Of a stretch of DNA of 64,000 nt, positions 1 to 12,542 are shown one piece after another. Made by a program: the position numbers and the translations under genes. Positions within the stretch are counted from its first letter, which is position 1, and each line of letters begins with the position of its first letter. A model generated the notes under the pieces. The model had not been told where the DNA came from. It made no database searches and worked only from the letters and a program-made list of their open reading frames with translations. Where the stretch lies: NCBI GenBank assembly GCA_052327205.1, contig JBMRGM010000043.1:30938001-31002000 (forward strand). Reading direction: 5' to 3'. Source of the DNA: Somniosus microcephalus (Eukaryota).

Positions 1-928
1 GGTATGAAAGAACAAAAGGGAAGGTCTGTGATAGGATAGAAGGCTGGAGAGGTTAAGAGACATTAAGAGATATTCAAGGCAAAAGGAATTCGTAATGGGG
101 CAGGTTAAGGAATAAAGGATAGCTCTAGATGAAGTGTAAATTGCGCTGGCAGAATGAAAGACAGTTGCCATGTGTGAGGGAAGAACAGAAGGCACAAACA
201 AAAAATGTGGATAAATCATATATATCTGATAGAGGCCGAGGTTATGTTCTGAAATTGTTGAACTCGATATTGAGTCCAGAAGGCTGCAAAGTGCCTAATC
301 GGAAGATGCGGTGCTGTTCCTCGAGCTTACGTTGAGCTTCCATGGAACAATGCAAGAGGCCGAGGATGGTGAGGTCTGAGTGGAAATGGAGCGGTGAATT
401 AAAGTGACAGGCGGCCGGAAGCTCGGGGTCACCCTTAAGGACTGAACAGAGGTGTTCCCCAAAGCGGTCACCCAATCTGTGTTTGGTCTCCCCAATGTAG
501 ATGAGACCACATCGTGGGCAGTGAATACAGTATACTAAATTGCAGGAAGTACAAGTAAATCGCTGTTTCACCTGGAAGGGGTGTTTGGGGCCCTGGACAG
601 TGGGAAGGGAGGAGGTAAAAGGGCATGTGTTGCAAATCCTGCACTTTCATGGGAAGGTGCCGGGTGAAGGGGAAGGGGTGTTGGGGTTGATACAGGAGTG
701 GACAAGGGAGTCGGGGAGGGAGCCGTCCCTTCAGAATGCTGAAAGTGGAGGTGAGGGGGAAGATGTGTTTGGTGGTGGGATCACGCTGGAGGTGGTGGAC
801 ATAGTGGAGGATGATCCGTTGAATGTGGAGGCTGGCGGTGAAAGGTGAGGACAAGTGGAACTCTATCGTGGTTCTGGGAGGGAGGGGCAGGGGTGAGGGC
901 AGGAGTGCGGCAGTTAGAACGGACACGG
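1..928 (-). mobile_element. Penelope-like retroelement fragment (GIY-YIG endonuclease region), cut by window edge
   Basis: ORF 242..571(-) FTCTSCNLVYCIHCPRCGLIYIGETKHRLGDRFGEH is the Penelope-type GIY-YIG signature; near-identical copy at 44611-45538. Confidence 0.9.
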
Positions 929-3110
929 TCTATGTCAACCTCCATCACTATGTCTATAACTATCTCCATGCCTATGTCTAGCTCTACCTTTATATCTCTA
1001 TCTCCACGTCCAACTCTCTTATCTATATCTCTCTGTATATCCTAGTCTCTTGCATTCAATCTCACTCTATTGCTCTAACTCTCTATCCTTTGTACCTATC
1101 TATCTCTATCTCTCTATCTGTCTGTATATATCCATTTCTATCTCTATCTCTCCTCTCTCTATGGGCTGGATTTTTCGATCGGAGCCTTCCTGCGGATGGA
1201 GGCCTCCGATCGGAAAATATATAACATATAAGAACTTATCTGCTGGCTGCATAGGTCCCTCGACTTCCGATCCTGGGCCTCTGCTCTACGAAATATGCAG
1301 AGGCCCAGTTATCTCAGGGGTGCAGGCGGTTCGCAAGCGTCCCTGGGATCACGTGGGCCATGGGGAGTGGGCCATGGGGAAACAATCAAAGATGGGAAAC
1401 CCCCTTCACACTTTTGAAAGGTCTCTACTCACAGATCTTTCAAAAGTATGAAAGGGGATCACTTACAAATAAGTTAAACATTATTGTTTTTCAAATCCCT
1501 TTTTAAAAATTAGTTAAAATTACATTAAATTAAATATTTTGAAGAAAAATTTGTTTTTGAAAAAAATATAGTTTTTTAAGGAGGTATTATAAATACCTAC
1601 ATTATAAATGTGAAAAAATAATCATTTTTTGTTTTAATTTCTTATGCTGGTGAAAGCAAGCATTACACCTGTGTTTACCAGGCGTAAGATTTTGAAAGCT
1701 TTTCAGCAGGCAGAAGTTGTGCAGAAAGCGGAATTCTTCACCGGCGGAGGTCCTTTTCCCGGGCAGGTGGAGGATCTGTTAAGAAAATTCTTGACAGATC
1801 GGATGAGCCGGGTTTTAATGCATGCGCTTCACATGCCTGAAACTGGCACTTGCGAGGTCCCTACAGGTGAGTGCACAACTCGTACATACCCGGTGTGGGA
1901 AAACCGGCCCCATATCTCTAACACTATCTCAATGACCAAGTCTATGTCTAGCCGACTTCTGCATATTTGTCCATGTCTATGTCTGTGTCTATCTCGAGCT
2001 CGATGTGGATATCTATGACTACCTCCATCACCATGTCTATAACTATCTCCATGCCTATGCCTAGCTCTACCTACATATCGCTATCTCTATCTCGACACCC
2101 ATTGACCTCTCCTATCTATATATCTTTGTATATCCCAGTCTCTCATTCTATCTGTATCCCTCACTTTAAATCAACATCTCTCTATACCTCTAACTCTCTA
2201 TCACTATGTACCTATCTATCTCTATCTCTCTATCTCTGTATCTCTCTCTGTACCTCTCTATATCTGTCTAAACCCATTTCTATTACTATCTCTTCTATCT
2301 CTGTATATCAAAGACTCTCTCCCTATACATATATACATACATGTGTATATATATATATATATGTATATATATAATATACCTCTATTGGTATCACTATGCA
2401 CGTTATTTATTTCTATCGCTATCTCTTGCTCCAGTTCGTTGTCTGAGATTCTCCATCATTATATCCATTTCAATACCCTCTCTGCCCATGTGCATATCTC
2501 TATCTATGCTGATTAATATTTGTATCTCAATCTCTGTGTCGATCTCTAGCACTAGCTAAATCTCTAATACCTCTAACTTCTTCCCTCCAATCTCCATCTC
2601 AATGTATATCCCAGTTGCTCTCATTCTACCAGTATTTCACACACTATTTCTATGTATCTCTATTTCTATCGATCTATCTCTCTACCTATGTCTCCCTATC
2701 GCTATCTCTATCTACCTAACTGTATATATCTCTATTTATCTCTGTCTCTCTACCTCTCCATTTCTCTATCACACTCTCTATCTATGTCCAGTTAGAACTC
2801 TACCGATATCTCACTTATCTCTACCTCTACGCCAATCTCTTTCTACATATTTATATAGCTCTATTTGTATCAAATCATTTATCTGTATCTCCATGTCTAT
2901 CTCTCATTCATTCTCTACCAATATCTCCAAACTTATGTCGGTCTCAATCCGTTCTCTTCCTCTGTGCCTATCACAACCTATGTTGTTTAACATCCCTCTT
3001 TCTCTGTATTCTGTATCTATCTCTATTTTTATAAATATCTCTGCCTGTATCTCAATCTCCATCTATAATCTATAATCTCTATCTCCGTCTCTAATCTGTC
3101 ATTAATCTCT
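929..3110. repeat. Degenerate (TCTA/TC)n pyrimidine-rich low-complexity tract, interrupted by a MITE
   Basis: Continuous tctatc/tctcta repeats; the S/I/L/Y-rich ORFs here are artefacts of it. Confidence 0.85.
1163..1911. mobile_element. MITE-like non-autonomous DNA transposon, about 750 bp
   Basis: Imperfect terminal inverted repeats gggctggattttt ... gaaaaccggcccc, AT-rich core, subterminal hairpin; copies at 45779-46527 and inverted at about 50330-51175. Confidence 0.65.
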
Positions 3111-3248
3111 GATATTTCAGTAGTATCCTTATTCACACCTGCTGATTGCTAAACTGTGTAAATCCTTAATTAAGTGAGATGCATTTCCACAGAAAGAAAA
3201 CGTGCAATACGTAGAGGAAACAGGAAGTTAAATTACGAAATGTTTTAG

Positions 3249-3322
3249 TTACTTTACTTGGTGACTCTGAAGAGCCGAGATGGTTTTACTTATCCACCAC
3301 TCAATTGACCGAAAAAAAGTGA
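3249..3322 (+). CDS. Possible terminal exon of an upstream (out-of-window) short-tailed paralog
   Basis: tttag|TT ACT TTA CTT GGT... reads (V)TLLGDSEEPRWFYLSTTQLTEKK* in phase 1; homologous to 61883 downstream of the last unit C cytoplasmic exon. Confidence 0.25.
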
Positions 3323-6300
3323 TCTTACTGTCCTTAAAAATCTCATTATTAATCCTTATATTCGATCAGATAATTATTTCTTTGTCAAAATATATCAAAC
3401 GAGTAATAGAAATGGGTTTAAATCTGCAATACAATTGTGAATATTGCATTGATAGAATGTTAATTTCCTTTCATGGAAAGTTTGAATCTTCTGACTATTA
3501 CGTGGCTCCTGTGACATGAATCATCAACAATTGGAAGGGAATCGAGAGCCTTGGCCCTAAAGAAAAATACAGATGTTCGGAGTCTGTAGGAAACTACATA
3601 ACCTTCCACAGGCAATAATTGAAGCAAGCATGTTATCCCTACAATTGACTAAAGAAGGTTATTGCAAGGGGAGCACCTCATTTCTGGACGTTCACTCAAA
3701 ACAAAAGCTCTGCAATCGTCACGTTTTAACCAAGATTAGGATATTTCTTCTCAAGATCCTGTATGTACAGTACATGATTCATCTCTCTGTTGTATACAGC
3801 AGTTGATTGATTATCACAGAGAATAAGGCACCCAACTCGAACAACTTAAGCATCTGTTTGTGGATGTAGATGCCAGAATGTCAATGACCGATTGAAACCT
3901 TTGGTAAACTAGCTTCCTGACTGTGATTGGAGTATTTCCATTCGGACCTAAATGTCTTTCTATTGCTTGGACATTTCGCTTGTATACACCAGATTAATAA
4001 CTGCTCATGTCCCAGGTGTTGAGGGACTTCTTCTGATTGATGCATTTCGCCTGGAATTTTCGTATTGGTACTAATTGGTTGCTTATAACTCGGGTTTATC
4101 ATTTCAGCTAATGACCAATTGGATTAAGTTTTTTATATAATCCTGATACTTTCTTAAGCTTACTGAATATTTGTTACTGGAATAAGTCTCTGCTGGACAA
4201 TATCTTTCAGAGTCATGTTTCCTTGAATATAACATATTGACGTCGGAGAACACTGATTGATTGATTTTAACTTGAGGGTTTCATTTCAGCTCCTGATCAG
4301 TTGGGTTCGGGCCTCGATAGTTTCAGGTAAAAGCCGATTGGCTGAATGTAACCTTGGCGCTGTCTTTTGGCAGCTGAACATTTAATTCTAACCGGAATAA
4401 TTCTCTGTTGCCGCCTTCTATCAGTTTCGGAATATCCGAACATTTCTTATGGAATTCGGAGAAAACTGATTGATTGATTGTTTCCACAGTTGGCTCTACC
4501 AAATTAACAATAATCGGCATTACTATTGCAGCACTTATCATCAGGAGAGTATAATCAACCCGACTGGAGACTGTTCCCTATTACTGAATGAACAACACAA
4601 TACTTAGCGCATTCTGCATCTCAATGGCAGGTGGAATCAACGTCTGAGGAAGGGAAGATTCTGACTGATCTATAACATGAATCGTTCTTCTTACAATAGA
4701 ATTAAGTAGATGAATTATTAACGATTAGAAAGACTAAACAGGAAAGATCGGCGTTGGCTATTGTTGAACACACAGGGGGAAGGGGTCGAATCAATGGTTG
4801 AAAGGGTGAAGAAGCACGAAGTTTTGAACTTAAGCATAATGTGAAGATGCCGTGTTTCATTTTTTGAACATGAGCGCCGGGTGTGATACATTTGTTTAGT
4901 AAACCTTCCTGTATCTACCATGTCTAGACTCACTTAAAGTGATGGAAATGGCCTCTTGTATGTTTAACGCTGGTTTATGTGAAACTGTTGCACCAGTTAA
5001 TCTAGGCACAGTAACTGACTTACAGGAATTCAACAGCGGTACAGGTGATTTACTAATAGTTTGAGTCAAGCACAAGTTCAGATGGATGAAAGCATAAATG
5101 AAGGCAACGCTATTGATTAGAGGGGAGAATGATATTGAAGCATACTTAATCGCTACTCACTGATTGTTGTGGTGTTAATGATTCACAGCATACTAGGTTC
5201 CCCACAGCAAGAGGAAGGCAGGATTGATGCTTGACCCATGGCGTTTTTAAAGCCTTGAAGAAAGACTGGGGAGGATAGTATTTTGTGATTGAATAACGAG
5301 GAGAACTGATGATTCGCAGACAGACTGCATTCTACAGACTCGAACAATAGTATTATCCTTTGCACTTAAAATCGAGAAAAAGGGACATTGACGAGGTTTC
5401 ATTGGTTTATCACGCATTAGTAACAATATTAATTTTTAAATAAGAACAACGAAACTGCATAAATATAATGATCATTGCTATTCAGGTTGTTGCTAGATAA
5501 TTGATATTCTGGTGATGCTTAGGACAGTAGCGGAATTATTGATTGTCAGCCAGCCTGCTCAGGGATATGAATTGTCTAAATAAAATAGAAGCAGATAAAG
5601 TGAATGAATTGCAGGCAGGTTGTGGATGAAAGTTATTACCAGCTTGCAAATACTAGGACACCTGATGTATATTTTCAGAACTAGCAATGTACAGGTTTGA
5701 TGCCAGAATGAGAGCAGGAACTAATAGCGAGACAGGAGAAAGCGACAATATTGGAGTTTGAGCTCTACTTTGCACGGGATTTTATGGTCAGCGAGCTCCC
5801 ACTGGCAGAATAGATAACAGATTGAACGGAGACATTGCTCTATTCATAGATTATTTGGGCAGGAGACGTACATGTTGATGGACTCATGTACTCTGAAACT
5901 TCGCCAGGAAATCAGAGGGATACTGTGGGGAAGTGAGTGTGTGTGTGATATTGATAGGTAATGGAAAAGCACGATCGGGGATTTGCATACACTGAGACGA
6001 GGTAATCTACTGCTGGGTGACAGATATATTGTAAACGTAAACCCCTGGTGATTTCTAGGCCTATTGCTCGGGGCATTACTTGTGTACAAAGCAGTGCTTT
6101 TAATAGTGAATGACAAATGTCCTACAGCAGGCGATGAGCCACCATTGTCACTGCACACAGGTTTGAAGAAGTCTATTTCTGTGATTTTAATCAGGGGAGA
6201 GTTATTACTGATGACTGACATTCTGGTGTGGGGGGAGTGTCTGTAATTAAGGCATGTGTTGGTTACCAGCTTCACTTTGACACGGATATTCAGAGTTCAC

Positions 6301-6639
6301 CCCTTCATTGGAAAGTTTCTGACGTACAAAGAATAGGTTGCAGTGTTAAATAAACAACTGAGCTTGTTTTATAATTGTAGACTCTGTTTCGATTGGCAGC
6401 TCAGAAAAATCTAAAGAGCTAAAATCAATTAATTGCTCCTTATAACGAATAAAATTAGTAAATGTATCCTTGCTATTGAAATGCCAGGTGGTTTTTAGAC
6501 ATCTCTGCTGTGCTTCTGGCCCAACTGAAGGATTTACAACCAATGATCTATTTTCAATTTCGATATGCATACTGCAATAAATAATGAAATGTTGTGATAA
6601 CTTCAGAAGGTGGCTTTATTTATTTTACAAACTGAAAGC

Positions 6640-7240
6640 TGACCAGTACCGGTTCAGGTACTGAATGGCATAATCAAAGGGCAGGACCTGTATAGGTCGC
6701 ATATGCATCAGTCCCAGTATTTCATGTAGTATTGACAGTCCTGTACCAGCAGGACACTGTAGGTACTAATCACAGAGCTGTACAAAGAAGGTAGCGTGGT
6801 TAATAATCACAGATCAGTATCAATAGACTTGTGCAGGTAATAATAAAAGCATGCACCTATATGACAGTGCAGTTGTTAATCAAAATCCTGTACCGGTAGG
6901 ATAGCGTTGGTATGATCAGGAATATGTATATTTTGCAGTTTATGTACTGATACCAGGTCTGTAAAATTAGGGCAGTGTCGGTACTAATCACAGACCTGTA
7001 ACCAGACGGCACTGTAAGTACTGATCATAGACCACTACCAATAGGACAGTATATGTACTAGTTATACACGGAATAATCATAGTCATGCACCAGTAGTACA
7101 ATATAGATATTAGTCATAGAACTTTTCCAGTAGAACAATGCCGGAGCTAATCAGAAAAGAGGGTATTATAGTTAATAATTACAGACTAGGACCTCAGCAC
7201 AGGTACTAATCACAGGCCTGTACCAATAGGACAGTTTCGG
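6640..7240. repeat. Degenerate 37-bp minisatellite upstream of gene A promoter
   Basis: Repeated unit like gtactaatcacagacctgtaccaataggacagtatag; resumes at about 7890 after a CR1 insertion; paralog at 36830-37465. Confidence 0.75.
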
Positions 7241-7249
7241 TGCACATTA

Positions 7250-7890
7250 GATAACAAAACATATGCGATCCTGTGCTTCACAAAGAGAGGCGTAGAGTGC
7301 AAAAGCCAGGAAGTTAGGCTAAATCAATATAAATCACTGGTTCGTCCCCAGCTAGAATGTTGTTTCCAGTTCTGGGCACCGCACTTTAGGAAGGACGTGA
7401 AGTCTTTGGAGAGGGTGCAGGAGAGATTTATTGGAATGGTTCCAGGGATGAGGGTTTACAGTTACGTGGATAGCCGAGAGCAGCTGGGGTTGTTCTTCTT
7501 AGAGCACAAAAGGCTAAGAGGAGATTTGATAGAGTTCTTTAAAATGATGAAGTATTTAGGTAGACTAAACAAATGACTGAAGCCTCCATAACCAAACGGC
7601 AGATAATTAAGTTGATTGGCAAAAAAAGCAGAGGCGACATGAGGAGAAACTTTTTAACACAACGAGTGTTTAGGATATTGAATGCATTGCCCAATAGGGT
7701 GGTGGATACAGATTCAATAGCAGCTTTCAAAAGCGAATTGGATAAATACGTGATGGAGAAACAAACTGCAGGGATATGGGGCAAGAGCAGGGGAGTGGGG
7801 CAAACTGGATTGCTCTTCGAAAGAGCCAGAGCAGACTCGAGGGGACGAATGGCCTCATTCTCTGCTGTACTACCCTATGCTACTATAAAA
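7250..7890 (+). mobile_element. CR1 LINE 3' fragment
   Basis: ORF 7573..7893 MRRNFLTQRVFRILNALP = CR1 ORF2 C-terminus, followed by CR1 3' UTR. Confidence 0.85.
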
Positions 7891-8379
7891 TAATAGATCC
7901 GTGCCAGTAGCACAGTATAGATGCAATTTGTAATGCTGGGGCAAATGTTTCACAGTCATACTTAGTAAATGTATTCACAGGCTTATACATCTGCTTATGG
8001 CGACACTGATATGGCTAATAGATTCATACAACACATGCTCAGTAATTAGAATGTTGCACCACAACAATAACAACTTGCATGGATAATTTATTTTAATCAT
8101 ATTCAGCACTGTGTGGGTAAGATGTTCCATTGCCCTGCATGCCTGCAATTAGATGGCTAAACTTATCTAGAGTGCAAAAATTAATGTTAAAATATAATTA
8201 GATTATTCGTTCTGGTAGAGCAAAGTTAATGGTTACCTGGAGTGAGCCGGGTGGTGGGATTAGATTGGGCAGCTAAAGCAGATACACCAGATGAGCCTGT
8301 GTTTAGGCTCCGGCAATTTGTGAGTTGAATCACCTCTTTGTAATACACCGGGTTAAACTCTCGGGACTTTAATGGTTAA

Positions 8380-8760
8380 TGGTGCCAGAGTGAAACACTT
8401 TCAGTGGTCACAGTTCCCACTGGTACCAGCCCATCACCTCGGTTCCCCCTCTACCGTTGTGCCAAGCCAGCTGGGGTGACCGCTTCCGTAAGACCGTGAG
8501 AAAAACAAGCCTTCCGCCTGGGACCACTGACCAGGCCAGTCTCTGTGTTAACGGTACAAGCTGCGGTTAGAATAAATCATGTTTTAAACAGATTCCAGAG
8601 ATGTCTCCGGCCTGTATTCCAAATGTTCGCTTCTGATAAGAATTTATTTTAAAACTGCTTGAGCTCAGTTCACTTTTCAGCGTTAGCGTGGACTCGTCAT
8701 CGCGGTTTAAGTTCCCCTTTTATCCACTGTGGTCAGAAGTGACAGTGATCTCAGTGCGCA
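8380..8760 (+). promoter_or_regulatory. Putative promoter of gene A with haematopoietic TF motifs
   Basis: Conserved with about 37610-38010; TAACGG (MYB) 8549, TGCGGTT (RUNX) 8562, reverse AAAAGGGGAACTT (PU.1/ETS-like) about 8709-8721, TGTGGTC (RUNX) 8728. Confidence 0.5.
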
Positions 8761-8843
8761 GTCGCCTGGTGCATGGGCAGTGAGCTCCACAGCTGCAGAG
8801 TGCTCCCGGGGAACTCGCTCCAGCCGCTGTCTCCTCATTCCCC
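8750..8843 (+). other. Putative non-coding 5' UTR exon of gene A (start approximate)
   Basis: Donor ccc|gtaagt at 8843/8844 conserved in unit B (38098/38099); matching acceptor ttacag at 9255 ahead of the ATG exon. Confidence 0.5.
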
Positions 8844-9339
8844 GTAAGTACAGACTCGGGATCTGCGCGTGTGGGCGTTTGGTACTGAAGAAGTAGAACA
8901 GTGTCAGCGGGTACAATTGTCGGGAGCAGGACTGGGAAGCGGAACAATGCGCTTGGGAATAGATTGTTCTGTGTTTGACGGAATCAATCTGTTCAGGCGC
9001 TCAGTTGAAATGTTCACCCAAATCTGAATAAATAGAGGCGGCATTGAAACAAAGAAAACAATGATCCATGGGTTTTTAATATTTCACATGGCTCTCTTAA
9101 AGGCGAGCGACTATCTGCAAAGTGGAATAATGCAATGCTTTAGGGAAAGGGCAGGGGAGTGGGACCAATTAGCAAGTTCTTTCGAAGAACCGGCACAGGC
9201 ATCAGGGCCGAATGACCTCCTTCGGCGCTGTATGATTTTTGATTTCACTTTACAGATAAAAAGAACTGAAAACAGCTGATCCGAAGCGAGCGACTTCACA
9301 GAGGGAGGGGAGCTTCTGCTCGCATCACCCGCTTTCGAA

Positions 9340-9370
9340 ATGAAACACATCTGTTGCCTTCTGATCTTCT
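9340..9370 (+). CDS. Gene A (inhibitory FcR-like receptor) leader exon S1, MKHICCLLIF
   Basis: gaaATGa start, hydrophobic peptide, phase-1 donor T|gtaagt; paralog at 38281. Confidence 0.8.
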
Positions 9371-9934
9371 GTAAGTGAATCTCAAATATTACCAGTGCCT
9401 TTGAAAATCTGCATCACTCACCCCGGACCCACAATCAGATTAATAAGGCTCATTGTCTAAAAGGCAGCGACGCTCTAAATTGATATTGACAGTTTCTGAA
9501 AGTAAGACATTTATTTAAAATGTGTTGAAATATCATTTGTAGGTTTCAGTTTTAAGCTGAATTTAGTGCAACAATGCTACGTTTGATTATGCAGGGTAAC
9601 AGGATCTTTCTGCTCATCTAAAGAGATCCACTTTACTATAACAGGTTGCTTCTAAACAGCATAATATTTTTGCTTTACCAATTATCTAGCCTCACCTGCA
9701 GAAACTGCTTTCAAATTTCTAATTCTTGTAGTTTTGCTTATAAGTAGGAATTAACAGTGTTATGCACTTCATATCAAGTGTCAGCGTTGTCCCAGTTGTT
9801 TCACTCTTACTAAATGCTATTAATAAATGCGGTGAGCTTTGCAGTGCTTGGTCTCTGTGGCTAGCTGTTAAACTTGGTCTAAAGCATTGCTTCATGATTT
9901 TCTGTGGCCCAGACTGGCTTCTTGTTAAACATCT

Positions 9935-10620
9935 GCTATAGAGAGACTGGTATAAAGATAGATTTATAGAGAGATAGAGAGGGAGAGACTTTCACACAAA
10001 CACAAACACACACACACAAGCAGATAACTAAAAATGCAGAGAGAGACCGAGACACAGATAGAGTCAAAGGGAGAGAGAGCAAGAGAGAGAGAGATTGAGA
10101 TGGAGTCAATGAGTCAGAGTGAAAGAGGAAGATTAGCACACGAGAGAGACAGTGAAAGGGATACCTCAAGTCATAGACACAGATGACTGAGGGAGAGACA
10201 CAAAAAAGAAGCAGAGAGAGGACATGAGGGAGAGAGAAGGAGGTACAGACACAGAGTTAGAGACACAGGTACAATGCAACAACATGCAGTGAAACAGATA
10301 GGCAATGAGAGAGAATAAGCGTCAAATAGACAGAGAGAGAGCAACAGAGAGTGACATGCAGACAGTGACACTGACATAAGTTAATTCAGAGAGAGAGTGA
10401 GACCGAGAGATCTACGGGCAAAGGGATGAAGACCGGGAAAGTTTTACAGAGAGAGAGTGAGTCGGCGAAGGAGAGACAGACAGAGTGAGAGACAGACAAA
10501 CAGAAGGCAAACATGCAGGGAGGCGGTGGGCTAAAGATCCTTGAGAGAGACCGAGAGGGGGAGAGGGGGCAGAGCGAGAGACACACAGATAGGGACAGAG
10601 CGAGACAGAGAGAGATTACA
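9935..10620. repeat. (GA/GACA)n purine-rich low-complexity tract in gene A intron
   Basis: Direct reading; shorter paralog at 38895-39045. Confidence 0.85.
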
Positions 10621-10949
10621 GTCTTTTTTTCAACTCAACTATGCACAAACACTATGATTATATTTTTTAAATTACTGGTGAAAGGGAGAACAACATACAG
10701 CAATGTGTTAACCGGGAACCATTTTTAATTTCAGGCTCGTTTAATATCTGCTGCCTAAACTGGAGTTAACAAAGCTGAAGAAATAACATTTACTTTGATT
10801 TAACTTGAGCTAAACTGACGGCTTCAATGATTTTGGCAGCGAAATTTATAATTGTGGATCTTTACTATTAATGTCTGATGCAATTTACTGGAATTTAGAC
10901 AGAAGTGACTCCTTATGGTCAAATGCCATTGAGACTGCCTTGTTGTGAG

Positions 10950-11015
10950 GTTGTGACGTCAGCGCTCTGTTGTCTTGTTAGCCACTGGACCACAAGAACA
11001 GAAAACAGGAACAAA
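10950..11015. promoter_or_regulatory. Candidate intronic enhancer (CRE-RUNX-ETS)
   Basis: TGACGTCA 10954-10961, GACCACA 10988-10994, ACAGGAA about 11005; all retained at 39332-39390. Confidence 0.4.
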
Positions 11016-11674
11016 CAGTGTCTGCATCTTTAATGTACCACCGACTCTTTCACCATAACCTCATCTAATTTAATAACATGGCGTTAGTTGTGGGACCATG
11101 TTAGCCACAGCTAGTTCCACAGCTTAATGCGGTAAATCTTAAATGATGATTAGTAATGCTTAATTTGTTTGTTCTTGAGCTTATAATCGCCCCCATGTTT
11201 TATATGTTGCTCAGCACATAAACCTTGTTAAAATAATTGGCCAAATTGAATACTTGTAACACTCACCCCATTGTATCCTAGCTGGACAAAAGGCCCAGGT
11301 TCTACATGTTGAGCAGTGACATTCAGAGACATCTGCATTGATCTTTGACCCTTTTGCAATTATTTTTGCAAAGTTTGCAGCAACAGGCATTGCCTTAGTA
11401 ATGTGATTCCTCTGGTCTGAGGCCCGACAAAATCTTTCTGCAGCCAGCTGCTTGATCATGCACCTTCTTCACGACGAGCAGTAGCAACCCAGTCAAAACT
11501 TGTGATGCTGATTAGGATAAAGACGATTTAAATGAAGATAGCAACATAAGAACAGGAGTAGCCCATTCAGCTCTTCGAGGCTGCTCTGTCATTCAATTAT
11601 ACCATGTTTGATCTGTACATCAACTCCAATGACGCCCCTTTGCTCAGCACATATTGTTACCCTCACTCAACTAG

Positions 11675-12065
11675 AGGCAGCCGTGGCTCAGTGTGTAGCA
11701 AACTCGCCTCTGAGTCAGAAGTTTTCTGGATTCAAGTCGCAATCCAGACACTTGAGCACAAAAATCTGGGATCAAATTCCAGTGCAGTGCTGTAGGAGTG
11801 CTGCACTGTCGGAGCTGCCGTCTTTTGGATGATACTTTAAAGCGAGGCCCCGTCGGGGAGATTATCCCCGGTGCCCTGGGCAATATTTATCCTTCAATTA
11901 AGATAAAAAAACAGATTATCTGCTCATTATTATCATCACTGTGAAAATTGACATCTACGGTTCCTACAGTGACTACACTTCAAAAGTATTTCATTGGCTG
12001 CAAAGCGCTTTGGGAAGTCCTGAGTTTGTGAAAGACGCTCTAAAAATGCAAGTCTTTCTTTTTAT
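11675..12065 (+). mobile_element. tRNA-derived SINE (SacSINE1/DeuSINE-like)
   Basis: Head ggcagccgtggctcagtg..ggattcaagtc with A/B-box-like motifs, tail aaatgcaagtctttcttt; paralogous insertion at about 40070-40460. Confidence 0.65.
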
Positions 12066-12542
12066 AACTAAAATCTATCTTGATCTCCGTATTGAAAGTT
12101 CCAATTTACACCCAGATTCCACATCATTCTTAGCGGAGTGAGTTGAATTTTGTGAGAAGGTGCTTCCTGATTTCCATTTTAAATGGCCTATCACTAATTT
12201 TATTCGAAATGTTTCCTTCTCCATGACAGAACAAACACACTCAGTGGCTCTCAGAACAAGGACTCATTAAAATCTTTGTCAGTTTCCTTTCATCTGGCAG
12301 CAACTTTTCCATGTAGTCCTCAGACAATTAGGATCATCAAAATAAATCTTATCTTTGTTCATGAGAGGGTCAATTGTCATAGTTCGGCACGCATAGACTG
12401 GTGGTAAATGTGGTGCTGCATGTTTTATGTCCCTGCCGAAGTCGAATTTCACCCCCCAGTTATTTCCTCTTAGCAGCTGAGGTCAAATTTGAAGATGCTC
12501 TCAGTTCATGAAACATATTTTACATTGTCTTCTCTCTTGCAG

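Noticed and set aside
1050-2018. ORFs repeated identically at 45666 and 46260 suggesting a conserved gene
   Set aside because: They lie in a MITE inside a recent segmental duplication; identity reflects recency, not selection.
845-3075. Long S/I/L/Y-rich ORFs (e.g. 1967..2374, 2602..3075; also 61092..61370)
   Set aside because: Translations of (TCTA)n low-complexity DNA with no domain or splice support.
6640-7240. CRISPR-like periodicity (37 bp)
   Set aside because: Head-to-tail degenerate units with no unique spacers and no cas genes, in vertebrate DNA; it is a minisatellite.
8707-8947. Minus-strand ORFs shared with 38005..38289 as an antisense gene
   Set aside because: Similarity is explained by the duplicated promoter/5' UTR exon; ORF ends and frames are not conserved.
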